A stretch of 62,369 nucleotides of DNA, the filler included. It is 8 parts of 8 records of this genome, joined end to end, with 100 filler letters (N's around TTAATTAATTAA, not from the genome) between each part and the next. Parts side by side here need not be neighbours in the genome. Positions count along the whole stretch, not along the records: positions 24,338 to 31,629 come from SRR31156797_19294; positions 31,730 to 37,558 come from SRR31156797_19330; positions 37,659 to 47,179 come from SRR31156797_19342; 5 more parts are not named here. One strand, written 5' to 3'. The notes beneath the pieces are model-generated. The model was given only the letters and a program-made list of their open reading frames with translations, was not told where the DNA came from and did not search any database. The position numbers were made by a program, and so were the translations under genes. How positions within the stretch are numbered: the stretch's first letter is position 1; each line of letters begins with the position of its first letter. Below are positions 31,105-40,692 of the stretch, piece by piece.

Positions 31105-31593
31105 ATGCCGGTATATGAATTCTATTGTTCCAAATGTCATATGATATTTAACTTCCTCTCTAAAACGGTAAACACGGAAAAAAGGCCCATGTGTCCGGAG
31201 TGCGGAAAGGTGCCCCTGGAACGGCACATGTCTGTTTTTGCCACACCGCGAAATCGGGGAGAAGAAGAGGATTCATCCCTTCCGGATCTGGACGAAAGCA
31301 AGATGGAACAGGCCATGAATCTCCTGGCTGCGGAAGCGGAGCACCTGGATGAAAATGATCCCAGGCAGGCCGCCAAGCTCATGCGCAAGTTGACGGGCAT
31401 GACCGGGCTCAATCTGGGGGATGGCATGGAAGAGGCCTTGAGCCGTATGGAACGGGGGGAGGACCCGGAGACCATCGAGTCTGAAATGGGGGACCTCCTG
31501 GAGGGGGAAGATCCTTTTTCCTTTGGGAAAAAAGCCATGAAAGCTCGCAAAAAGCGCCCGCCGAGGGTTGATGAAACACTTTATGATCTTTGA
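31105..31593 (+). CDS. FmdB-family zinc-ribbon protein
   Basis: MPVYEFYCSKC...CPECG followed by an acidic helical tail; start at ATG 31105. Confidence 0.88.
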   Translation: MPVYEFYCSKCHMIFNFLSKTVNTEKRPMCPECGKVPLERHMSVFATPRNRGEEEDSSLPDLDESKMEQAMNLLAAEAEHLDENDPRQAAKLMRKLTGMTGLNLGDGMEEALSRMERGEDPETIESEMGDLLEGEDPFSFGKKAMKARKKRPPRVDETLYDL

Positions 31594-31629
31594 TGGCTGG
31601 ATGGCTGATGGCTCATGGCTGATGGCTCA
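31591..31629. repeat. Heptamer tandem repeat (TGATGGC)n, cut by the contig end
   Basis: TGATGGC TGGATGGC TGATGGC TCATGGC TGATGGC TCA. Confidence 0.85.
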
Positions 31630-31729
31630 NNNNNNNNNNNNNNNNNNNNNNNNNNNNNNNNNNNNNNNNNNNNTTAATTAATTAANNNNNNNNNNNNNNN
31701 NNNNNNNNNNNNNNNNNNNNNNNNNNNNN
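31630..31729. other. Artificial contig spacer
   Basis: N run with TTAATTAATTAA. Confidence 0.99.
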
Positions 31730-31776
31730 ATTTTTATATTTTGCCAAAATTTATGCACACCATTATAATTAAAAAT

Positions 31777-31822
31777 AAAATCTCCTCATATCTCAAAATA
31801 TCTGAGTATGAGGAGATTTTTT
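31777..31822. terminator. Intrinsic terminator-like hairpin
   Basis: AAAATCTCCTCATA...TATGAGGAGATTTT, 14-bp stem plus T tract. Confidence 0.7.
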
Positions 31823-31928
31823 AGTATTACTAATTAAAAAATAGATGTTATCAAAATTATTATCTAATATAATATACATGTTGAGTAAAATAATATGTAA
31901 ATTAAAAAACTTGAATTAGGAGGTTACA

Positions 31929-32600
31929 ATGAAAAAACAGATTTTACTGCTAATTTTACTATTTTATATTTCAAACGTTTCATATAGTAAAGAATTAGTT
32001 TTTGTAACTGGTTTGGGACAGAGTTCAAATACTAAAAATATCGAAACAGTGAAACAATTATTAGCAAAAGCCTTGAATGAATTAAGTATAGAGTTTTCTC
32101 TGGAGTATAAACCTGGAAATAGATCGTTGGCGGAGTTAAATTCAGGGCGTTATGATGGAGAATTATATCGACGTGCGGCGATACAAAAACAATATCCAAA
32201 TTTAATCATAGTTCCTGAACCGGTATTAGAGGATTATGTCAGTATATATACTCTGGATAAAAATATGAAGATACTAAATTATAGTGATCTTCAAGATATG
32301 AGGGTTGTGACTATTCTAGGATTAAAAAATATTGAGCAGAAGTTAAAAAAAGTACTTCCAAAGGAAAGCCTCTTTTTAACTGTTAAGATTGAAAATGCCT
32401 TTAAGATGCTTTTGGCAGGAAGGGTAAAAGTGGTAGTACTACCAGCGAAACTAGCTGATTCCTATTTGGGAAAATTAAATGATTCCAAAATAAAAAAACT
32501 CGATACTTATCTGGATAAAGCTGAACTTTATACTTTTTTACATAGGAAAAACAGTGATTTAATTGAACCGCTCGCAGCAGCTATTAGAAAAGTTAAATAA
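31929..32600 (+). CDS. Extracytoplasmic solute-binding protein, family 3-like
   Basis: Signal peptide; P.NRSL..LNSGRYDGE, YPNLIIVPEP, FKMLLAGRV; AGGAGG RBS. Confidence 0.82.
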   Translation: MKKQILLLILLFYISNVSYSKELVFVTGLGQSSNTKNIETVKQLLAKALNELSIEFSLEYKPGNRSLAELNSGRYDGELYRRAAIQKQYPNLIIVPEPVLEDYVSIYTLDKNMKILNYSDLQDMRVVTILGLKNIEQKLKKVLPKESLFLTVKIENAFKMLLAGRVKVVVLPAKLADSYLGKLNDSKIKKLDTYLDKAELYTFLHRKNSDLIEPLAAAIRKVK

Positions 32601-32612
32601 TACAAACTATTA

Positions 32613-32652
32613 ATCCCCCTGGCCGCAAAACTTGCAGTCAGGGGGATCTTTA
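32613..32652. terminator. Terminator between convergent genes
   Basis: ATCCCCCTGGCCGCAA...TTGCAGTCAGGGGGAT stem. Confidence 0.65.
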
Positions 32653-32689
32653 TATTATCTCTTTTAGTCAAAGATTTTTATTTGAAATA

Positions 32690-33061
32690 TTATAATTTTG
32701 ACATGAATTTTTCTGAATTAACAATAAATCTTTCGTGTGTACATTTTCCAACTAATTTATTATCGCAAGCTGCCGCAATTTCAAAAGTAAGTTTTCTATC
32801 ATCAATCTCTATTAGAGTAGCAGCGCAGTCTACTTCATCGCCGATAGCATTAGCTTTCAAATGTTTCATGCTAATAGAGATACCAACTGTAGTATAGCCT
32901 TCTTCCATTTCAGCTTCTACGCAGTTAAATGCAGCATTTTCCATTAATGCAATTAGTGAAGGCGTTGCAAATACTTCTAATCCTCCTGAACCAATCTCTT
33001 TTGCAGTATCTTTATCAGTAACTTCTTTTGTAATAGTTAAACTTAAACCAGTTTCAAGCAT
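32690..33061 (-). CDS. Hot-dog thioesterase, fluoroacetyl-CoA thioesterase (FlK)-like
   Basis: GSG.LEVFATP, LMENAA, TTVG...KH, HERFIV (Thr/Glu/His triad). Confidence 0.92.
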   Translation of the reverse strand: MLETGLSLTITKEVTDKDTAKEIGSGGLEVFATPSLIALMENAAFNCVEAEMEEGYTTVGISISMKHLKANAIGDEVDCAATLIEIDDRKLTFEIAAACDNKLVGKCTHERFIVNSEKFMSKL

Positions 33062-33155
33062 AATAATCCTCCTATATATTTTTTAAAGTCAGAACGTTTC
33101 AATCTGACTTTGGTCTAAAAAATAATTCTATAATTATTAAAATAATATTTGTATA

Positions 33156-33184
33156 ATTGTAAAGTATAAGTGTACAAAAGTCAA
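33156..33184 (-). promoter_or_regulatory. Sigma70-type promoter of the thioesterase gene
   Basis: Minus strand TTGACT-N17-TACAAT. Confidence 0.55.
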
Positions 33185-33239
33185 GTTAGAATAATAGTTA
33201 TTTTAAATAATTAATTTCTCCCTATAATTTATTATTTGC

Positions 33240-33773
33240 TTAATAAATCAAAATACCCAGTATTCCTGATGATATAACCAATATTATAGGATGAACATTA
33301 AATTTTTCTTTGATTAAAAATATAACTCCCATTATAGCTATAGAGATATAGTTTGGACTCATATTAGCTGTAACAAGTGTTGATTTGGCAATAATATAAC
33401 CTGCATATAAAATAAGAGCAACAGTAACAGGTTTGATCGCATAAAAAAATACATTTTTAAAAAAGTTCTGTTTTATTTTAGCAAGCACACTAAATAAAGA
33501 ATAAATTATAATAATTGACGGCATAGCCACTCCAAGAGTTGCAGCAAGAGCACCACCAAGTCCGGCAACTTTATTTCCAACGAAGGTTGCACAGTTGATT
33601 ACAATTGATCCGGGAGTCATTTGTGATATTACGACGATATCCAAAAATTGTGCTTCACTCATCCAATTATTAATTAAAAGCTCCTGTTTAATAAGTGGAA
33701 GCATAGCAAGTCCGCCACCAAAACTAAATAGTGATATCTTAAAAAATGCGACAAATAGATTTAAATAGATCAT
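33240..33773 (-). CDS. Short-chain chromate transporter (CHR), second subunit
   Basis: FSFGGG, SQMTPG, ATFVG motifs; ATGA overlap with its partner. Confidence 0.92.
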   Translation of the reverse strand: MIYLNLFVAFFKISLFSFGGGLAMLPLIKQELLINNWMSEAQFLDIVVISQMTPGSIVINCATFVGNKVAGLGGALAATLGVAMPSIIIIYSLFSVLAKIKQNFFKNVFFYAIKPVTVALILYAGYIIAKSTLVTANMSPNYISIAIMGVIFLIKEKFNVHPIILVISSGILGILIY

Positions 33774-34339
33774 TTATTAACTTCCTCCAATCTTTTTTTC
33801 AAGAAATTAGGAGCAATTAGAGCACTAATTAAGGCAGTAATTCCAACTAAAATAATTAAAATAATCGGATGAATACCGAAAAATACAAGTGAAATTACAG
33901 CTATAATAAAGATAATATTTCCAATAGCATCTTTAACACCGGCATGGTAGAGTTTTTTTACTGATGCAAGAATAAGCCCTAATATACAAGCCTTTATAGC
34001 TGTAAAAGCAGCGGCAACCATAGGTAAATCAAATTTATCAGATAAAAAATAATATACTAATGAAATTATAATATATGAGGGGGCGATAACACCTATTGTT
34101 GCAAAAAAAGCACCAACAGGGCCTGCGAGTTTTGTTCCGATGTAAGTTGCAGAATTTGTTGCAATTGGACCTGGAGTCATTTGTGCAATTGATGTTATTT
34201 CAAGGAGTTCCTCAAGAGTTATCCATTTTTTCTTGGAAATAACTTCTCTTTCAATTAATGGAAGCATAGCGTATCCACCGCCGAACATACACATTCCAAT
34301 TTTAAAAAAAGTAAAAAATAGTGATAATAAAAGTTTCAT
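33770..34339 (-). CDS. Short-chain chromate transporter (CHR), first subunit
   Basis: FFKIG..FGGGYAM, AQMTPGPIA motifs. Confidence 0.92.
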   Translation of the reverse strand: MKLLLSLFFTFFKIGMCMFGGGYAMLPLIEREVISKKKWITLEELLEITSIAQMTPGPIATNSATYIGTKLAGPVGAFFATIGVIAPSYIIISLVYYFLSDKFDLPMVAAAFTAIKACILGLILASVKKLYHAGVKDAIGNIIFIIAVISLVFFGIHPIILIILVGITALISALIAPNFLKKRLEEVNK

Positions 34340-34512
34340 TTGATTCCTTTCGTAAATTGTAGATTTTATTTATTCGTTAAATTATATCATAAAAATACTC
34401 ATTTTATACAGTATTAATTAATAATAAGTTAATTAAAATCAAGCTAATTTTCATGTAATTTTCAGACTAATCTAAGATAATGAATAAAATCGCAAAGAAG
34501 GAGTCGTTTGTT

Positions 34513-35955
34513 ATGAAAAAAGCTTCAAAATTAACATTTTTGATTATAATTTTACTTATGTTTATGTTTCAAATAATGTACGCAAATACGAATGATTCTT
34601 TTGTCCAAATTCTTAATTTCAATGACATACAAGAAAATAAGCATATAATTGGCAGAGACATAAAAATAGAGATGGATAAAAAATTAGATACTTCTAAATT
34701 TAATAATAAAAATATCAAATTATTTCGTTCTGAAACTGGTGAGGAACTTGAAATAGAACTGAGTTATGATGAACCCTATATAATAATTCATCCTATGGAT
34801 AAATTTGTACCACTTAAAAATAGTGTAGACCTCAAAGGAGTAAAACCAAATACAAAATATATGATCAAAATTGATACTGATAAAATCAGGTCAATTGACG
34901 GAGAGATTTTATCTAAGAAATATGCTGAGATAACATTTACAACTGAGAACTTAAACTACGGAGTGTACTGGTTTGGACGTGATGGTTACTGTCAGAAATA
35001 TATAGAGGGAGTAGAAAATAGATATTATGACCCTGAAAAATCAGTAATACTTCATACACACGGCTGGGAAGTAAATAAAACCAGAAGAGATTACTGGATG
35101 GATCAACCCTATATAATTAATAAAAAGTATTATAATAGAAATATTGCTAATGATTGGATTGACGCAGGCTACAATATCGGAGTTTGGTTCTGGGGACAGT
35201 TTGCAGATGAGACAGATGTACGTGATGCAGAAGCCAAAATATGGCTTGGAGATAACGGCCGAAAAGGAATGCGATATAGAATCAGGAAAAGAGTATTCTT
35301 TGAATTTTCAACAGATAGAAGTATACATGAACTGTTTTATGATGATTATATAAAGGCCTTAAAAGAGTTTTCCGGTAAGGAAATAAGATTAACTGGTCAT
35401 TCTCTGGGAAATCAATTGGTGACAGCACTTTCAAATAAAATCAGTGAAGAAATTGATAATGAAAATCTTGATTGGAAATATATGCCAAGCAGAATAACAT
35501 TGCTTGATCCGTATTGGACTAACTTCAAAAAATTATATATAAACTCAAAAACTACCAGTGATTTATGCACGGAAATAATGAGAAAATTGATCTCAGAAAA
35601 AGGCATCGTTGTGGAGGAAATAAAAAGTAGCGGACTAGGAAATAAGATTATAGGTAGTGATAATCTGGAACTTAGAAAATTAACAGCTTTTGTTAGAATC
35701 TGGTCATCGCGTATGCCGGCTTATTTAATAATGGAAAGGCACACCTATTCTACAGATTGGTACTATATGACTATTAGAAATGAGCTTAAAACTGAAAATG
35801 GAGCAATAGGAGCGAAAGCTAAAACCGAAGAAGTAAGAGATACAATGAACTATTATAAGAGAAAGAAAACATATTTGCTTCAGACAAAAGGTTTTAATAC
35901 TTTATCATCAAAAAACGACTACTTTGATGAAATATCAGGAATAATAACATATTAA
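34513..35955 (+). CDS. Secreted protein: Ig-like (Big_5-like) domain plus alpha/beta-hydrolase-like domain, paralog 1
   Basis: Signal peptide; beta-rich N-terminal domain ending ITFTTE; HGW, GHSLG nucleophile elbow, RITLLDP, RH; AAGGAG RBS before ATG 34513. Confidence 0.75.
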   Translation: MKKASKLTFLIIILLMFMFQIMYANTNDSFVQILNFNDIQENKHIIGRDIKIEMDKKLDTSKFNNKNIKLFRSETGEELEIELSYDEPYIIIHPMDKFVPLKNSVDLKGVKPNTKYMIKIDTDKIRSIDGEILSKKYAEITFTTENLNYGVYWFGRDGYCQKYIEGVENRYYDPEKSVILHTHGWEVNKTRRDYWMDQPYIINKKYYNRNIANDWIDAGYNIGVWFWGQFADETDVRDAEAKIWLGDNGRKGMRYRIRKRVFFEFSTDRSIHELFYDDYIKALKEFSGKEIRLTGHSLGNQLVTALSNKISEEIDNENLDWKYMPSRITLLDPYWTNFKKLYINSKTTSDLCTEIMRKLISEKGIVVEEIKSSGLGNKIIGSDNLELRKLTAFVRIWSSRMPAYLIMERHTYSTDWYYMTIRNELKTENGAIGAKAKTEEVRDTMNYYKRKKTYLLQTKGFNTLSSKNDYFDEISGIITY

Positions 35956-36023
35956 ATTTAAATTTTTATTTTATATCAGGTATAATATAGCGAAGAGAGA
36001 AAGAGAGAAAGGGAGAAGGGGAA

Positions 36024-37505
36024 ATGAGAAAAATAATAAAACTATTTTTTCTTTGCATATTAATTTTTGCATTTGAGGGGTGTAAAAATGCGGAGCGTAG
36101 AAAAATAAATAAAATAGATAAAATGCAATTTGATAATCAAGATGAAACTTCGATTAAAATTCTTAATTTTGAAGAACTTCAAAATAATAGATATATAATT
36201 GGTACAGACATAAAGATAAAATTTGACAAAGAGTTAGATAGTGAAGATATAAATGCTGAGCACGTTAGGTTGATCAGAGTTGATACTAATGAGAGTATTG
36301 AGCTTAAGCTTAATTATGAGAAACCTTATCTTATAATCCATCCTATGGATAGATTCGTGACTAAGGGAAGAACGGTTATATTTAAGGGAATCAAACCTGA
36401 TACAGAGTATGTACTTGAGTTTGATACAGACGAAATAGAGGGATTGGGGGAAGCAAAACTTGCACCGCTGTTTTCGGAACTATTAATAAAATCAGAGGAG
36501 TTAAACTATGGAATATATTGGTTTGGGCGAGATGGTTATTGTCAAAAATATGTAGAGGGTGTTGAGAATAGATATTATGATCCTCAGAAATCTGTTGTTT
36601 TGCATTCACATGGTTGGCAGGTTGAGAAAACTCCAAATGATTATTGGATAGATCAGCCGTATATTGTCAATAATAGATTTTATAAAAATGAAGTAGCAAA
36701 TAACTGGAAAGATGCTGATTACAACATTGGAGCTTGGCTTTGGGGACAGTTCGCAGATGAATTGGATGTTCGTGATGCTGAGGCGAAAATTTGGGTTGGA
36801 GCAAATGAGCTAAAAAATATGCGGTATAGAATGAAAGACAGAGCTTATTTTGAGTTTGCAACTGAGAAAAGTATTCATGAGTTATTATATGAAGAGTATA
36901 TAGGTGCCTTGAGTGAGTTTGAAGGTTCTGAAATAAGATTTACAGGGCATTCACTGGGAAATCAGGTAGTGACAGCACTTGCAGGTAAACTGGAATACGA
37001 GGCAGACATCGGGGCGATTAGTGATAAATATATCCCGTCAAGAATTACTTTGCTTGATCCGTTTTGGAGTAACTTTGATAAAGATTATTTAGCCGGTATG
37101 TGGACAGGAGAGTTATGTGCACAAATTATAGAGAGCTTGGTAACTACAAAAGGTGTAGTCGTAGATGAGGTTAAAAGTAGTGAGATAGGAAATACAGTGA
37201 GTGGTGATAATAATGCTGAACTTCGAAAGTTAACAGCATTCATAAGAGTATGGTCATCTAAGATACCGATACTCGACCTTGAAGCACGTCACACGTATTC
37301 AACAGATTGGTATTTCAGATCGATTAGTAGTGACGTAATTATAGATGACAAGAAGATAGGAGCAAAAGCAAGTAGTGAAGAGATACGGGATGCGATGAAC
37401 TATTTCAAGAAGGAAAAAGGGTATTGGCTAATGCTAAGAGGAGCCAGTACTATTTCAGTTGACGATGATGAGTTTATTGAAGTTCCGGGGCTGTTTACGT
37501 TTTAG
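36024..37505 (+). CDS. Lipoprotein: Ig-like domain plus alpha/beta-hydrolase-like domain, paralog 2
   Basis: Lipobox-like FEGC; long blocks identical to paralog 1 (YWFGRDGYCQKY, WGQFADE.DVRDAEAKIW, TGHSLGNQ, PSRITLLDP, RHTYSTDWY). Confidence 0.75.
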   Translation: MRKIIKLFFLCILIFAFEGCKNAERRKINKIDKMQFDNQDETSIKILNFEELQNNRYIIGTDIKIKFDKELDSEDINAEHVRLIRVDTNESIELKLNYEKPYLIIHPMDRFVTKGRTVIFKGIKPDTEYVLEFDTDEIEGLGEAKLAPLFSELLIKSEELNYGIYWFGRDGYCQKYVEGVENRYYDPQKSVVLHSHGWQVEKTPNDYWIDQPYIVNNRFYKNEVANNWKDADYNIGAWLWGQFADELDVRDAEAKIWVGANELKNMRYRMKDRAYFEFATEKSIHELLYEEYIGALSEFEGSEIRFTGHSLGNQVVTALAGKLEYEADIGAISDKYIPSRITLLDPFWSNFDKDYLAGMWTGELCAQIIESLVTTKGVVVDEVKSSEIGNTVSGDNNAELRKLTAFIRVWSSKIPILDLEARHTYSTDWYFRSISSDVIIDDKKIGAKASSEEIRDAMNYFKKEKGYWLMLRGASTISVDDDEFIEVPGLFTF

Positions 37506-37537
37506 AGGACTGGGATGGAGACAGTGAGAAAAAAATT

Positions 37538-37558
37538 GTAGTGGCAATTCATGAATTG
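37538..37558 (+). repeat. GTAG-type REP-like palindrome truncated at the contig end
   Basis: GTAG-TGG-CAATTCATGAATTG; the last 14 bp form a perfect palindrome. Confidence 0.55.
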
Positions 37559-37658
37559 NNNNNNNNNNNNNNNNNNNNNNNNNNNNNNNNNNNNNNNNNN
37601 NNTTAATTAATTAANNNNNNNNNNNNNNNNNNNNNNNNNNNNNNNNNNNNNNNNNNNN
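37559..37658. other. Artificial contig spacer
   Basis: N run with TTAATTAATTAA. Confidence 0.99.
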
Positions 37659-39769
37659 GCATTATCGACTACAATATAATCGTACCTGTTTCGAACCGAA
37701 CTAATTAAGTGATCAAACTTGGTATTGTCCAATAAATCGGACGGATTAGATGGTATTGGGCCAGCTTGAATAAACGACAAGTTTGGGATGGAAGTTGGTT
37801 CTATAATTTCTTCAAAATCCTTCTCATTTCTTAAGTAATCGCTTAATCCAAACGATTCCTTAACGTTTAAAAATTTATGCAGGGTTGGCTTGTGCATATC
37901 GGCACCTATAAGTAATGTTTTTTTATTGCTTTTGGTGAGAATCGCAGAAAGATTCGATGAAATAAAAGATTTACCTTCTCCTGGAATAAGAGAATTAACA
38001 GAAATAACTTTAGGGCCATTTTGTCCCAGGATGGTGTTCAAATTGGATTTTACCCCCCTGAAACATTCTGCAATACCCGAACGCGGATGATGAATTACCG
38101 GCAGTTTAACCTTGTATTTATGACGAACAATTCCTTCCAGTATTTGAATATTACTGTGTTTCTCAATTTCGCTTCGCGACTCAATTTTATTATTAAAGAA
38201 GATGGTTAGCGTAATAATAAAAAAGGGAATAACAGAACCTCCAAATAATCCGATAAATACATCTTTTATCATACTTGGCCCGATCTGTACGGCAGCTTCT
38301 ACCATGGCCGCATCAATTACCTGAACTTCAGAGGCTATAGATGCTTTTGAGATGGAAGCTTCGGCTTTCTTTTGCAACATGTAGGTATACAACTCATTAT
38401 TCAGGTCAAATTCTCGCTGTATTCCTATTAATCGTTTTTCGGTTTCAGGTAGCTTTTTTAACCTGGCCTGAATGGTATTAAAACGTTCCTGTAAACTTTC
38501 CATTTTAGATTCTGTAACTTTTAGCTGGTTCTTTAAGGTTTCCTCCAGCCCGTCACGAATTATCCGAATCTCCTTTTCAATTAATATTAATGTTGGATTT
38601 TTTGCTTGTACGCTAAAAGTAAGTACTTCGCGTCGGCTATATAGTTCTTTTAGTTTTTCCAATGTTGATGTTAAACTGGCATCTGTAATTCCAATTACGG
38701 CAGGATTTACCATCTCCTCAATCTTCTTCGAATCATCGATATATTGTTGCAAATCGTAATAGTAGTCAATTTGTAGCTGGGTAAGATATTGCTCTTGTTC
38801 TATTTCTTCTAATTTGGCATAAACGGCCTGGGCTTCCTGACCAAGATTCATTACCTGGTTGTTTTTCCGGTAATTGCTAAAGTTTTCTTCGGCCGTTCCA
38901 AGCGATTTTTTTATCCGGGATAATTGCGATTCAATAAATTCTAACGAGTTTTCAGAGTTTTGATTCTTGTTTTCCATTCCAAATTCTATAAAAACCCGGT
39001 TAAGCTCATTAATAAAATCTGCTTCCCTTTGTTTAACTTCTCCTTCAATCATTATAGAAATAAGGTCGGAGTTAACGTCTTCCATGTTTATCTGTGTTTT
39101 TTTCAGATAAAGCGATGTAAGCTTATTCACATTATTAAACTGAAGCAGATAGGTTTCATTAATTTGCTCTTTGCGCTTATCAATTGTAAAGTTGAAGAAT
39201 TCATTAAAAAAAGGATCTCCAAACTTCATGTTCTGATCTATCTCAACCAATTGAGAGTAGCCATTAACATTCGTTTGTCCACTGGCCTTAATAGCATAGG
39301 TATTATCTGAAAGTACAGTAATTTCGATAAGAATGTTTTTTGCATTAATCCCGTTGGGTGGAATCGTTAGTTTAAACGGTGGATTGTTATACATATCAGC
39401 ATTATACAACGGGCGTTTATGAAACCATGTGTAATTCCATTCGAGGTTATTTAGTGCCTTTCGGTACAAGGTGTAAGAACGAAGTATCCCAATCTTGTTT
39501 TCTATGTTGGTTTTCTTGCCTAAACCCATCATCGGATTATCAAAAGCAAGCACAGAACTCATAGAACTTTCCTCGCTTACAATTAAAATCCGACTACTTA
39601 TCCGGTATAAGTTAGGAGAGTTCTTAAAATGCAGGTATCCCAGGCATATTCCAATAGAGCAGAATACAACAAACCAAGGCCATTTTTTTAAGTATTTTAA
39701 GAAAAAACTCTTGGTTTCTTTTTTTTGATGTGTATCAATCAGGTTGATAATTTCTTCAATCTTTTCCAT
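37659..39769 (-). CDS. wzc: Polysaccharide co-polymerase / BY-kinase Wzc (C-terminus truncated)
   Basis: Two TM segments, coiled periplasmic region, Walker A GEGKS, A' ADMHKP, Walker B YDYIVVD. Confidence 0.93.
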
Positions 39770-39782
39770 CCTTTAAACTTTT

Positions 39783-40574
39783 CTAATTCGCAAGTGCTGA
39801 AACCGCAAGAACAATAAGAGACAAAGTGCTAAGTAATTTTGCGTAAGCATCACTGTTTTCGCTTCTTCTTTTTAGTCGGGTAGGAGGTACGTATACCATG
39901 TCGTTTGGTTGTAAGTAAAAAACTTCGGAGGCATATAAACTTTTATCCGTAAAATCGATTCTTCGGGTAAATATCATATCGTCTTCCTGTCTTTGAACCA
40001 CCACATTTGTAAGGTCAGCATAATTTGTAATTCCGTTAGCCATGCTTATTGCATCCAATATGTTTAAACTACCTTCGTAATTATAGTAGATTCCGGGATT
40101 GCGGATTTCTCCGCTAACGTTCACTTTAAAATTGAGGAACTTAACCTGTACGGTAGGTTCTTTTAAATACTCTTCTGCTTTTTCTTTAAGCCGTTCTTCT
40201 GCTTGTTGTAGCGTTAAACCAACCAGGTTAATTTCACCCAAAATAGGGACAGTAATTGAGGAGTCGGATGCAACACGATAACCATTAATGTATTTGCTGG
40301 TTGGATCTCCAAACATCTGTTGTGTTCCTGATGTAACCCCATTTCCCGCTAAACTGGGATTGAATAATTTATTAACTTCAGGATCAAGCGTTAAAATGCT
40401 TAAATACAAATTATCTTCTAATTGTATCCTATGCTCTCGATTTAAAGGCATATTGGCGTTATAAAACATTTTCTGATCCTTTTTTACCTCCTGGAACATC
40501 GCAATGTTCTTCGTATTGCTGCAAGATATTTGAACCGCAACAATGACTATAAAGAGTAATTTTGTTTTTTTCAT
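39783..40574 (-). CDS. wza: Polysaccharide export lipoprotein Wza
   Basis: Lipobox ISC; Poly_export motif (VPILGEI..GLT); SLBB (SGEIRNPG); LQPNDMVYV. Confidence 0.92.
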   Translation of the reverse strand: MKKTKLLFIVIVAVQISCSNTKNIAMFQEVKKDQKMFYNANMPLNREHRIQLEDNLYLSILTLDPEVNKLFNPSLAGNGVTSGTQQMFGDPTSKYINGYRVASDSSITVPILGEINLVGLTLQQAEERLKEKAEEYLKEPTVQVKFLNFKVNVSGEIRNPGIYYNYEGSLNILDAISMANGITNYADLTNVVVQRQEDDMIFTRRIDFTDKSLYASEVFYLQPNDMVYVPPTRLKRRSENSDAYAKLLSTLSLIVLAVSALAN

Positions 40575-40692
40575 CTTAAGCTGGATTATAGTATTAATAA
40601 AAGCTTAGAATCTTATAATTAAAGTGGTATTCAGATGAATACTTTTGATTTTCTATTTTGTAAAGGGTCATCCGTAGCGCCGTTTTTGGGGC

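Noticed and set aside
31591-31629. Possible CRISPR array
   Set aside because: 7-bp units without spacers and no cas genes
40665-40692. ops/JUMPstart-like CCGTAGCG in the polysaccharide locus
   Set aside because: Short, on the strand opposite to transcription, and in mid-operon
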